64,000 nt of DNA. Origin: a virus. Taxonomy: Duplodnaviria > Caudoviricetes. The translations under genes were made by a program, and so were the position numbers. Location: positions 1 to 64,000 of IMG/VR virus record IMGVR_UViG_3300038520_001354, one strand, 5' to 3'. Position 1 is the first letter of the stretch. Each line of letters opens with the position of its first letter. The notes under the pieces are model-generated. The model ran no database searches and had not been told where the DNA came from. It saw only the letters and a program-made list of their open reading frames with translations. Below, piece after piece: positions 1 through 8,992 of the stretch.

Positions 1-25
1 ACTTGCTACGATTTACTGATACGGC

Positions 26-247
26 ATGTCTGCTGAGAAAGAGGCATTAGAACATTTAAATCAGATATTCACCATAATCAAAGAAACCCTCCAAGATGTA
101 AATAAAGAACGCCCAAATATGCGAGAACTTACAAATGAGGAGAAACAATCTTTATCAAAAATAACCAAAAATATACAGTTAGTAAGGTCAAAACTGAACA
201 AATACTTAAAAAGTTTCCGTGTGCAAACCTCATTAGACGATTTTTAA
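26..247 (+). CDS. Small helical protein with C-terminal PIP-box-like motif
   Basis: ORF track, 73 aa; ends QTSLDDF (QxxLxxF). Confidence 0.6.
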   Translation: MSAEKEALEHLNQIFTIIKETLQDVNKERPNMRELTNEEKQSLSKITKNIQLVRSKLNKYLKSFRVQTSLDDF

Positions 248-371
248 AACAAATACTGAACAACGATTTATCACGGCGGCCAAACTTATAATCTTTAAAT
301 AAACAAAATTAAATGAATAGTTTTTATTCTGGGAATACAAATGATAAATTTTAAATGAGGGCGCAAGTGGC

Positions 372-400
372 AAAAAAATTCCACCACATTTTTTGAGAAA
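372..400 (+). repeat. 29-bp direct repeat, copy 1 (imperfect palindrome)
   Basis: aaaaaaattccaccacattttttgagaaa; 27/29 identical to 782-810. Confidence 0.85.
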
Positions 401-417
401 ATTAAGGATATGATAAC

Positions 418-774
418 ATGACTTGGCAAGATATATTGAAAAATACAAATTTCAATTTATATGAAATCAGAAGCAGGTTTGGTAAAGAAACCGCAGAAGA
501 AGTGGAAAGAATGATTTATCTTAGAGATAATGAAGATATATTGTTTGAATTGATTAATGACATAGAAAGAAATAAAATTAATTTTGGTCTTAAAGAGGCC
601 ACTAAAAATGCAGTGAATAACCTTAATCCATCAAGTAAATATGATGGTGATATTTTCTTTTATAATTTAGATTTAGACAAAAGAGAGAAATATGAAAGAT
701 TCAAGAAAAACCCGTCTGTTATTATTGATGATGAACTAAACGCTATGTTGTCAGGATTTGCAGGAGACATTTGA
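418..774 (+). CDS. Hypothetical protein with WxxILK leader
   Basis: Starts MTWQDILKN. Confidence 0.85.
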   Translation: MTWQDILKNTNFNLYEIRSRFGKETAEEVERMIYLRDNEDILFELINDIERNKINFGLKEATKNAVNNLNPSSKYDGDIFFYNLDLDKREKYERFKKNPSVIIDDELNAMLSGFAGDI

Positions 775-781
775 AGGCAGT

Positions 782-810
782 AAAAAAATTCCGCCAAATT
801 TTTTGAGAAA
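782..810 (+). repeat. 29-bp direct repeat, copy 2
   Basis: aaaaaaattccgccaaattttttgagaaa. Confidence 0.85.
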
Positions 811-849
811 TTTTACTTCATTATGGACAAATAATAGGAATTGGTTATT

Positions 850-1065
850 ATGACATGGAAAGATATAATTAAGAATGAAGAAAATGTATCTAATTTCATT
901 AAACTAGCAAAGGATAATATGGACAAGTTTGATAAAGATGAGAAAAAAATAGTTAACTATTTAATTAATTCTTTAGAAAATAAATATGACAAAAACACAT
1001 TTGAAGCACTAAGGTTTGAATTAAAGAAAAAAGACTTACTTCGTGCTAAAGGAAGGATAGGTTGA
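850..1065 (+). CDS. Hypothetical protein with WxxILK leader
   Basis: ATG at 850 gives MTWKDIIKN. Confidence 0.8.
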   Translation: MTWKDIIKNEENVSNFIKLAKDNMDKFDKDEKKIVNYLINSLENKYDKNTFEALRFELKKKDLLRAKGRIG

Positions 1066-1070
1066 TTAAT

Positions 1071-1220
1071 ATGACATGGAGAAATCAAATAACTAAAATG
1101 ATGACTCCATTAGATGCTTTAGATGAAATAGCAGATTTAATCAAAAAAGACGCATCTTCAGAAGAATTAAACAGATGGCTAAGAAAAGCGATTCAAGCAG
1201 GACATATAAGAGATGATTAA
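1071..1220 (+). CDS. 49-aa protein with variant leader (not in ORF track)
   Basis: Hand translation MTWRNQITKMMTPLDALDEIADLIKKDASSEELNRWLRKAIQAGHIRDD. Confidence 0.7.
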   Translation: MTWRNQITKMMTPLDALDEIADLIKKDASSEELNRWLRKAIQAGHIRDD

Positions 1221-1221
1221 T

Positions 1222-1329
1222 ATGACAAGATGCAATTTACTTGATACTTGGTTTGACGCTAAATCTAAAGAATTAGATAAGGCAGAAAAAGAAAAGAAAA
1301 GAGATTTAATTACAGGTGAAAAGAAATGA
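1222..1329 (+). CDS. 35-aa protein (not in ORF track)
   Basis: MTRCNLLDTWFDAKSKELDKAEKEKKRDLITGEKK; ATGA overlap with next gene. Confidence 0.6.
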   Translation: MTRCNLLDTWFDAKSKELDKAEKEKKRDLITGEKK

Positions 1330-1553
1330 CTTGGCAAGATATATTGAAAGAACAAATAAAACACTATAAGGAATTGCCAAAAAATATGCCTGATGCAACG
1401 AAATATGATTTTGCCGTTGATAAAGGAGAAGAAAAATCAAGATTGGCTTTTGCTAAAGAAATGCTTGAAGAAAAATTTAGTAATAAAACTCATAAGATAA
1501 TAAGTTATAATGACGATTTTGGACAAATGTTTTACAGGATTATTAAGAGATAG
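1326..1553 (+). CDS. Hypothetical protein with WxxILK leader
   Basis: Starts MTWQDILKE; first 24 nt identical to gene at 418; GGTGA SD. Confidence 0.85.
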   Translation: MTWQDILKEQIKHYKELPKNMPDATKYDFAVDKGEEKSRLAFAKEMLEEKFSNKTHKIISYNDDFGQMFYRIIKR

Positions 1554-1564
1554 GGTGAGAAGAA

Positions 1565-2659
1565 ATGATTATTAGGAAAATGGGAGAAGTAATGCGTGGT
1601 GACGAATTAGACACTGCCGCAAAAGAAGAAATTAAAGGATATGCAGAAGATTATGTGGATAAACTCAATGTTCCATCATCTGAAAGAAAAGAACTACTTA
1701 GTTTAATTCAAGAAGGAATGATGGGAAGATTTTATGTTAGAAATCAAAGGGCTGCTGGTGAAGTTAGTGAAAAGACAGGAAAAGAATATTCTCTAATTGC
1801 ACCATCAAGAAGATTAGGTTATGAAACTGAGGCTGAAGCAGAAAATAGAAATGCTACTCAAGTAAGGGCTGCGGCAGTTTCAAGAAGTAAAAGATTTAAG
1901 CCTGAAAAGACAGTTAATGAAATGTCATCCGAAATTACAACACAAGTTGCTGAAGATGAATTAAGAGAATTAGCAGCAGAAATAAAAGACACTAATCTGA
2001 AACAGGCTTTAGATAGAATGGTTCTCACCTTTACTCAAGAATTATCATCAGATAAGCAACACGCAGAAAATAGAAAGACAGTGGATAAATATGTTAAGGA
2101 AATGCGAGAAATGATAGAATTGGATGAAAGTTATACTCAAGATGATTTCCAAGCGATGAGTGCGCTTTTGTCTAAATTAAAAGGAAAACCTTTCTTTGAT
2201 AAACTTCATCGTATGCAAATAGAAGAAATACTTGGACAAATGGCTAGAAAATTAAGATTCGATGATAGTAAGAATGCTTCTTGGCAAGATTCATTAAAGA
2301 AAAGTAAACTCAAGAATTTGATAATGAGATTTGAAAAAGATGTTTTGGGAGATTCTGATGATTTGCCAATGGAGTTCAATAAGAGTGAAGATTGGCAAAA
2401 TGTTGTCAAAAAAAAACTAACATTTAATTCTATATCAGAGATTCACGGACATATTGATGAAATGGAAGATATGCTATATGATTTAATGATGGCAGATAGA
2501 TATGTGCTTTATATGGAAGATTTGTCCAAAGACCTGAATTATATCAGACAAGAAAAAGATTTACAAGCAGCGACAGAAATGTTTAATGGATTGCGAAATG
2601 AAATTAATAGATTGTATGATGATTACAATAAATCAACAGGAATGCTATACGATATTTAG
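1565..2659 (+). CDS. Hypothetical protein with two internal leader-like motifs
   Basis: 364 aa; internal SWQDSLKK and DWQNVVKK; GGTGA SD. Confidence 0.85.
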   Translation: MIIRKMGEVMRGDELDTAAKEEIKGYAEDYVDKLNVPSSERKELLSLIQEGMMGRFYVRNQRAAGEVSEKTGKEYSLIAPSRRLGYETEAEAENRNATQVRAAAVSRSKRFKPEKTVNEMSSEITTQVAEDELRELAAEIKDTNLKQALDRMVLTFTQELSSDKQHAENRKTVDKYVKEMREMIELDESYTQDDFQAMSALLSKLKGKPFFDKLHRMQIEEILGQMARKLRFDDSKNASWQDSLKKSKLKNLIMRFEKDVLGDSDDLPMEFNKSEDWQNVVKKKLTFNSISEIHGHIDEMEDMLYDLMMADRYVLYMEDLSKDLNYIRQEKDLQAATEMFNGLRNEINRLYDDYNKSTGMLYDI

Positions 2660-2667
2660 GTGATTAA

Positions 2668-2844
2668 ATGAGTTGGCGAGATATAGTTAAACAATGGGAT
2701 GAACGGGAAATAATGAGCCGTGTCCAAAGAACAGGCTATTGTCGCAGGTGTCAACAAATGGTAACTAAATATCAAGAATGTAATTTGAAATTACCTGCAC
2801 CTTCAAGTGGAGTTAAACCTAATTGCCCAATGAGGGAGGAATGA
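2668..2844 (+). CDS. 58-aa Cys-rich (possible Zn-binding) protein with leader (not in ORF track)
   Basis: MSWRDIVKQ...CRRC...C...CP; AGGTGA SD. Confidence 0.75.
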   Translation: MSWRDIVKQWDEREIMSRVQRTGYCRRCQQMVTKYQECNLKLPAPSSGVKPNCPMREE

Positions 2845-2846
2845 AT

Positions 2847-3704
2847 ATGTCTTGGCAAAAAATCCTAAAAGTCGAAGATATAGACTTTGATGGTGCTATT
2901 GAGGGTTTTGGGCATTATTCTATGGCTGTTAGTCATCCTACTCCTGAAAGAATGGCAGAATTATTATTCTTTGGAAGTCAAACAGGTAAAGCCCCTGCTC
3001 TAAAGGATTTCATAGAAGAAGAAATTAGAATTAATCATAAGAATGCTTATCAGTATCTCAAACAAAGAAATGAGCGAGAACCCACTGAAAAAGAAATAAC
3101 TGAGTTTATTATTAGAACTATTATGCACGAAGCGACTCATGCTGCTATGGGCTTTGAACAACAAGCAATGGCTGACCATCAAAGAGAATATGGCGCATTT
3201 ACAGGACAATTCCCTAATGAAACTTATTATAGATTAAAATCGTTCGTAATGCACCCTGCAACAGAACCAAGACTATTGCATCCCATGTTAGAACAATTAC
3301 TTGAAATTCAAGGAACTATCAAGATAGATGCAGTTGACAAGGTAAAAGATATTATTGGATTTGTTGATGCTTTAACTAGTGATTTAGATGCGCCTTCATC
3401 AAAAATAGAAGAATTTAAAGAAAAATTTGCTAGATTAGAAATACAAGCAAGAGGTCAAGGAAAATCTTTAATTAGAGACATTGATAAAAGAAAGGTAGGT
3501 TATGACTTTTTCATTGATAGATACGGTGAAGAAAATAAAGATTTCATAATGGATTATGTAAGTGTTTTAATGGGTCGTAAAATGACGGCAGAAGATTTTG
3601 AAAGAGCCGAAAAAATGGCTGGAACAGTTACTACTACATCAGCCCCCGCTATGTTTAATAAGGTAGTTAGGGGTCGAAAAAAGAAGAAGAAGAGGGATGA
3701 GTGA
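2847..3704 (+). CDS. Putative zincin metallopeptidase with WxxILK leader
   Basis: MSWQKILKV start after GGAGG; HEATH (HExxH) with downstream E (REYGAF); basic C-tail. Confidence 0.7.
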   Translation: MSWQKILKVEDIDFDGAIEGFGHYSMAVSHPTPERMAELLFFGSQTGKAPALKDFIEEEIRINHKNAYQYLKQRNEREPTEKEITEFIIRTIMHEATHAAMGFEQQAMADHQREYGAFTGQFPNETYYRLKSFVMHPATEPRLLHPMLEQLLEIQGTIKIDAVDKVKDIIGFVDALTSDLDAPSSKIEEFKEKFARLEIQARGQGKSLIRDIDKRKVGYDFFIDRYGEENKDFIMDYVSVLMGRKMTAEDFERAEKMAGTVTTTSAPAMFNKVVRGRKKKKKRDE

Positions 3705-4843
3705 TGGTAAAAGAGAAAAAGAACTTCAATCCACATAAAGGCAATAAAGTCAATCAAGGCGGAGGAAAGTTTCCTTTCGTTGATGAGTTTAATACTTGGA
3801 GGAAAAACTGCCAAAGTATTTCCGGTGGAGATTTGCAACTAAAGTATGTTGATAATTTGTATGTTTTCTTGAGAAATCATATGCAAGGAAATATACGAAC
3901 AGGAAGCCGTAACGAAGGATTAGACGGAGAAGGTGCTATTCAGTTCCTTTCGGTTATTGAGGATTTTATTGACAACAATTTATTTACTGTTGCTCAAGCC
4001 AAACTTATTGAAGGAATGGCAAAAAGATTAGAACAAATGAAAGATACAGGTAAAGATGCCGGAGGAAAAACTCCTGCTTTTGACCCTGCTTTTATTCTAT
4101 TTACTGAAACTGATTATAGCGGAACAGGAGAAAAACTCCGTGAAAGAAAGGTTCAAGGACATTATGCGACAGAATGGTATGTTAAGAATAATCCTGATAA
4201 GGGAGTTAGTAAAGTTCCCGATGATTGGATGGCTGGAAATAATCCTCCCCATCAAGCATTATTTTCAGAATCTTCAACAAAGTTTGCAAAACCAAGAGGA
4301 CTATTGTATATTATGCAAGATGCTGCAAAAGAATTAGATGAAGTTGAAATAGATGTTGTTATTGATAATCTTCCACAAGGCGTGGATGCAGTTGATATTG
4401 ACGAAATAAAATCTGTTGAGCAATTCTTCAATGCTGCAATTAAGAATCAATCTTTTTGGACTAATGGTGGTAAATTAAGAACACAGAAACTTAGAAAAGA
4501 ATTAGAAGCAACTGAGTTCAAGGTTAAACCTAATGAACAAGCCCCTACAAGAGAAATCACAAATCTTGGAAAAGTTGATGAAAGAGATGCAATTGCAGGA
4601 AGAATTGTTAGTTTCAGATTAACTGCAACTGCTACTCCTATTATTGAATTAGTTGACAGAGCATTGAAGAGAGCAAATACTAATAAAGCACCTAATGGTT
4701 ATAGAGCATGGCAAGGAGATACAAAGCGTGGATTCGATTACAGAAAAACCGCAAGAGAAAAATTCGGTGAAGATACAGGAAGATATAATCCTAATCAAAA
4801 GGTATTATCTAAAATGTGGCAAATGAATCTTTGGAGGCGATAA
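3704..4843 (+). CDS. Hypothetical protein
   Basis: 379 aa; ends SKMWQMNLWRR (leader-like). Confidence 0.8.
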   Translation: MVKEKKNFNPHKGNKVNQGGGKFPFVDEFNTWRKNCQSISGGDLQLKYVDNLYVFLRNHMQGNIRTGSRNEGLDGEGAIQFLSVIEDFIDNNLFTVAQAKLIEGMAKRLEQMKDTGKDAGGKTPAFDPAFILFTETDYSGTGEKLRERKVQGHYATEWYVKNNPDKGVSKVPDDWMAGNNPPHQALFSESSTKFAKPRGLLYIMQDAAKELDEVEIDVVIDNLPQGVDAVDIDEIKSVEQFFNAAIKNQSFWTNGGKLRTQKLRKELEATEFKVKPNEQAPTREITNLGKVDERDAIAGRIVSFRLTATATPIIELVDRALKRANTNKAPNGYRAWQGDTKRGFDYRKTAREKFGEDTGRYNPNQKVLSKMWQMNLWRR

Positions 4844-4844
4844 T

Positions 4845-5159
4845 ATGTTATGGAAAAAGATATTAAAAATAGATATGGAAGAAGCCCGAAGATTAGGTGA
4901 TAGATATGCACCTGAAGATATGGAACAAGGCAGACAAGATAGAATGTCAACAATTATAACAGAAAGAGTTCCCGCCATTAGAATGACTCTTGAAAGGTAT
5001 ATAGATACTAATGACCCTGATAAAATATTAAATTTTAGAGAGGCTATTATTTCTTTAATAAGAGATTTACCTAATCCTCCGAGATTATCAAGAAGAACTG
5101 ATTATGAAGGTAAAATGAAAAATTATCATCTTGTTGATGGGTATTTAGATTCGTTGTGA
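4845..5159 (+). CDS. Hypothetical protein with WxxILK leader
   Basis: MLWKKILKI; GGAGG SD. Confidence 0.8.
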   Translation: MLWKKILKIDMEEARRLGDRYAPEDMEQGRQDRMSTIITERVPAIRMTLERYIDTNDPDKILNFREAIISLIRDLPNPPRLSRRTDYEGKMKNYHLVDGYLDSL

Positions 5160-5163
5160 TATT

Positions 5164-5829
5164 ATGACTGTTAATCGTAAAAGGTGTGGTTTGTGTCAAG
5201 CCCCGAATAGAGAAGAGTTAGAGGCTTCTCTTGAAATGGGAAGTGTTACTTGTGATGAGTTAGATACAATTCACAATTGGCGAAGTGGAACTACTGCACA
5301 ACATCAAAGAAATCATATGGGAGAATACAAAATGTCATCAAATCCTAAGTGTGTTCTATGCACAGACCCTATGAGAAAACATTACGAACAAGCGTTAAAA
5401 GAAGGTAATATATCAAGTGAGGCTGTTTCTTCTGCCCTAAACACCACAAAATCACAGGTGCAAAGACACATGAAGCACCACTTGACACCAATCGTGCAAG
5501 AATCCGCAGCCGCTATCATAGCGAAAAAGGAAGTAAATGAAGTTGAATTGCTATCAAACAATGTTGCTAAGTTAGATACTCGTTTAGAACAAGTTTTCAA
5601 CAATTTGGGGAATGATTTAGACCCTAAGATGATTGATGCCTTAACTAAGTTAGCAAGAGAGATTAGAGAATCTTTAAAATATCTTATGGAATTTAAAGGC
5701 AAATTGGTTCACAAGAGACAAGATACAATTATTGTCGCACAAATGCAAATTGTTCAAGAAGTGCTTGCACAGAACAATCCTGAGATTTGGTTGGATATTA
5801 AGAAAAGAATGCAGGAGAAGTTACAATGA
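5164..5829 (+). CDS. Tandem Zn-finger/HTH protein with coiled coil (candidate terminase small subunit)
   Basis: Two CxxC...HxxxH units (CGLC..HQRNH; CVLC..HMKHH) then a helical region; TerS role is inference. Confidence 0.5.
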   Translation: MTVNRKRCGLCQAPNREELEASLEMGSVTCDELDTIHNWRSGTTAQHQRNHMGEYKMSSNPKCVLCTDPMRKHYEQALKEGNISSEAVSSALNTTKSQVQRHMKHHLTPIVQESAAAIIAKKEVNEVELLSNNVAKLDTRLEQVFNNLGNDLDPKMIDALTKLAREIRESLKYLMEFKGKLVHKRQDTIIVAQMQIVQEVLAQNNPEIWLDIKKRMQEKLQ

Positions 5830-6302
5830 CTTGGTTTTCGGTAATTAAAAAACCGAGAGTTGTAGGAGAAAAATACGGAATTAAAATAGACGAATATTTT
5901 TCTGATTCTATGAAAGAAAGTTACTATGATAATGATGTATATTTGAAAGACGAAATATGGGCACAAATATCTAATTACCCTTCTGATATGAAAATTATAG
6001 AAATGAATCTTGATAAAGGACAAAGCATAGATAAAGCCATTGAAGATGTAGTTAGAAAATATAGAGACTTAATTGATAAAGCAGATAATGAAATGTGGGA
6101 TGATGAAATCATTGAAGAAAAATTAGGCAGAAAACTAACTCCACAAGATTATGAAAGAACGAAAAGTTTTGAAGATGAAATAATAACTAATGTCGCAATA
6201 AGTCGGCTAATTATGAATAATGATAGAGCAAGAGAACTAATGGTGTATTCTATGAGACTAAGATTATTTTTAGATGAATTGATAAGGAGGCAAGAGGAAT
6301 GA
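5826..6302 (+). CDS. Hypothetical protein with leader
   Basis: MTWFSVIKK. Confidence 0.8.
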   Translation: MTWFSVIKKPRVVGEKYGIKIDEYFSDSMKESYYDNDVYLKDEIWAQISNYPSDMKIIEMNLDKGQSIDKAIEDVVRKYRDLIDKADNEMWDDEIIEEKLGRKLTPQDYERTKSFEDEIITNVAISRLIMNNDRARELMVYSMRLRLFLDELIRRQEE

Positions 6303-6481
6303 AATGGGAAGATACAATGAAAAGATACCCTCTTAGAGAAAATCGTGGCGAAAGCAGTTTTTATACTAAGAGAAAATTAAGAGCATTATTAGATTTATTA
6401 AACAGTGATATGGAACCTACTTCTAAAGTAGCACAAGCACAAGGTTTTATTGAAAGTATGTTAAAGCAGATGAGTGAGTAA
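6299..6481 (+). CDS. Small protein with variant leader
   Basis: MKWEDTMKR. Confidence 0.75.
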   Translation: MKWEDTMKRYPLRENRGESSFYTKRKLRALLDLLNSDMEPTSKVAQAQGFIESMLKQMSE

Positions 6482-6482
6482 T

Positions 6483-6752
6483 ATGTCTTGGCATGATATA
6501 ATTAAACTAAGGCAAGATTCTTGGAATGCCTTAACTCAAGTAATCATAGGAGAGTATGATTATGAGTTATGGAAAGATACTCCTATTCCTGAAGAACTAA
6601 AAGAAATGAAAAAGGAATACGATAAACAACCCGAAGATATTCAAAATACAATTAGGAATATGTTACAAGAGGGTAGTTTAGTAAATGATGAAATGAGAAT
6701 GGGAATATTTTCAATTATCATGGGTATTTTAAACAATGCTGGGTTCAAGTGA
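6483..6752 (+). CDS. Hypothetical protein with leader
   Basis: MSWHDIIKL. Confidence 0.8.
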   Translation: MSWHDIIKLRQDSWNALTQVIIGEYDYELWKDTPIPEELKEMKKEYDKQPEDIQNTIRNMLQEGSLVNDEMRMGIFSIIMGILNNAGFK

Positions 6753-6756
6753 TAAT

Positions 6757-8991
6757 ATGTCTTGGTTTGAGCAACTTAAAATGGTTCCTAGAGATAAGTT
6801 TTCTTTAGGTTATGTCATTGTAAATGCTGCTGAAACAGAAAAAGCCGTCAATGAAATAAAAAATCTTACAAAACCACCGCAAGCACTCAAAAGTTTGTTG
6901 CTTTCTATTGAAAATAATCAATTGAGTTTGGAAGAACTAAAGGAAACTTTTGGACAACCGCCTCATGGCGACCAAACTTTAGAGCAAATGAGAGAAAATG
7001 TTCAAAAAATCAAAAATGCTTCAAAATTATTGACTCTTTCAGAAGTCCGAGAGTTAATAAAAGAAGCCCTTGAAGCAAAAAGAAACACAAATCCTCAAAA
7101 AGTTAAGGAAATTTTGCAAAATTTAGACGAAAATGCTGATTTAAGCAAGAGAACCTTACAAAGACACCGTGATATTAGAGATTCTTTGGATATTTTACGA
7201 ATGTCTAACGATAAATCTGTAATAATGTTTGAAAATCCTCCATCAGATAAGAAAATTTTAGAAGAATTTGCAAAATTATTAGATGGAGAGGTTGTTGGAG
7301 ACACAATCGCTGTTAATTTTAAGTCTCAATCTGAATTTATTGCAGCGATGGTTCCTAAAAAAGAAGATTCTGATGCAATTAAAGAAAAAAAGTCAGAAAT
7401 TAAAGAAATGTATAACAAACATTTTAGAAAATCCGGCTGGTCACTAAGCATTGGACAAAAAACTGTGGATTTGAACAATTTAGTCGCTCAAAAGAAGATT
7501 TTTGTTGCTTCGGGTCAAAAATTAGAAGTCGTTGAGCCATTTACAGGTGCTTCTGTATTAAAATATATTAGAGCCGTTGATAAAGTAACAGGAAGTGTAA
7601 GAGCCTTTAGACCAAAAAGACTTCCTAATGGTTCAACTGTTCCTAAAGTTTTATTTTTGGATAAAGCCAGCCCTAATTCTATGAATTTAAATCCTTATGC
7701 TAAGTTAATTCTAACTAGTGACTTTTCTGGTGATGAATGGTTTAAGACTTTCTTTGATGTATTAAGAACTAACCAAATGTTAAGTGAAAAGGATGCAGAA
7801 CAATTAATTATTCAAGAAATCTATGAAACTTTGATGGGAAATGAAAATACTACTCCAAGTGGATTAAGTGTTTCCACTTTTAGAGGTGCTGATGGAATAC
7901 AGGATTTAGAAACTAAAACTCCTAAAAAGGTTAGAGCAGAAATTAGAAGTATTATTGACGAAAGTGCCCGACTAGAAGATACTATTATTAATGCTGGATT
8001 ACAACTACAACAAGAACAATTACAATACCTTGAAGGTAATTTTACTCTCAAAGAGGCGGCTGATTTTAAGAAATTTTACGAATCATTAGACCGAGAAGAT
8101 TTTCCTTTAGAAGATTTAGAAATAGAATACTTCAAAGATGGCCGCCCTACAAAATATGAATCAGATAAAGTTGATGAAGAAGGAAATCAAGTTAGAGATG
8201 AAAGTGGTGCAATAGTTACACAAACATTATCTGGTATTGAAAGGGCTAACTATGCTACTATTAAAATAGAAGGCGAAACACTTTCTCCTGAAGATGCTTA
8301 CGAGTTCGGTCTTAAAGTTACTTCTCCTGAGTTTACAGAAGAATCCACTAAAAGAACAGAAAAAACCATAGATACTATGAATGCTTCTTTAAATGCTGCT
8401 AAGACTAGATTGGCGAAAGTTCCTAAAGATAAAGCGGATTTACGAGAAAGATTACAAACTAAGATTTCTAATTTAGAAGAGAGAATAAAGAACGCTAAAA
8501 GTAAAATTACTGAAGGTAAAGATAAAACTGATATTGGTCAGCAAACTGCTAAGTTAAGAAATGAACTTTTAAACATGGATGATTTTTCACAATATCTTAT
8601 AGCAACAAGTAATAAACTTAAAGGCGAAGGAGGTCTAATTGGTTTGGTTTCTAAGATAGAAAGGTCTGCTTCTGCATTAGAGCAAATTACTCCCGAAAGG
8701 AGTTTAGGGTTCTTCGCACAGTTGGATGAACATGCAGGTAATAACGATGTGAGGGAAGCGTTTAAGGTCATAGACGACAAGCCGGAATCAGACGAGGCGA
8801 AAGACGCTGCTAAAGAGTTAAATGATAAAATGCCAAACATTCTTTCTAATGCGAAAGAACAACTAATTGGTGCATTTAAATTACATTTAGAAAAGTTTGC
8901 TAAGAATCCTGCATCATTCCCCGACAATCAAGTTATTTCTGCTAAAAAACAATTTGTCGATAAACAGAATCTATTAACATTAGGTGAGTAA
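6757..8991 (+). CDS. Large helical/coiled-coil protein with leader (candidate internal head or ejection protein)
   Basis: MSWFEQLKM; 744 aa; no recognisable catalytic motif. Confidence 0.75.
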   Translation: MSWFEQLKMVPRDKFSLGYVIVNAAETEKAVNEIKNLTKPPQALKSLLLSIENNQLSLEELKETFGQPPHGDQTLEQMRENVQKIKNASKLLTLSEVRELIKEALEAKRNTNPQKVKEILQNLDENADLSKRTLQRHRDIRDSLDILRMSNDKSVIMFENPPSDKKILEEFAKLLDGEVVGDTIAVNFKSQSEFIAAMVPKKEDSDAIKEKKSEIKEMYNKHFRKSGWSLSIGQKTVDLNNLVAQKKIFVASGQKLEVVEPFTGASVLKYIRAVDKVTGSVRAFRPKRLPNGSTVPKVLFLDKASPNSMNLNPYAKLILTSDFSGDEWFKTFFDVLRTNQMLSEKDAEQLIIQEIYETLMGNENTTPSGLSVSTFRGADGIQDLETKTPKKVRAEIRSIIDESARLEDTIINAGLQLQQEQLQYLEGNFTLKEAADFKKFYESLDREDFPLEDLEIEYFKDGRPTKYESDKVDEEGNQVRDESGAIVTQTLSGIERANYATIKIEGETLSPEDAYEFGLKVTSPEFTEESTKRTEKTIDTMNASLNAAKTRLAKVPKDKADLRERLQTKISNLEERIKNAKSKITEGKDKTDIGQQTAKLRNELLNMDDFSQYLIATSNKLKGEGGLIGLVSKIERSASALEQITPERSLGFFAQLDEHAGNNDVREAFKVIDDKPESDEAKDAAKELNDKMPNILSNAKEQLIGAFKLHLEKFAKNPASFPDNQVISAKKQFVDKQNLLTLGE

Positions 8992-8992
8992 A

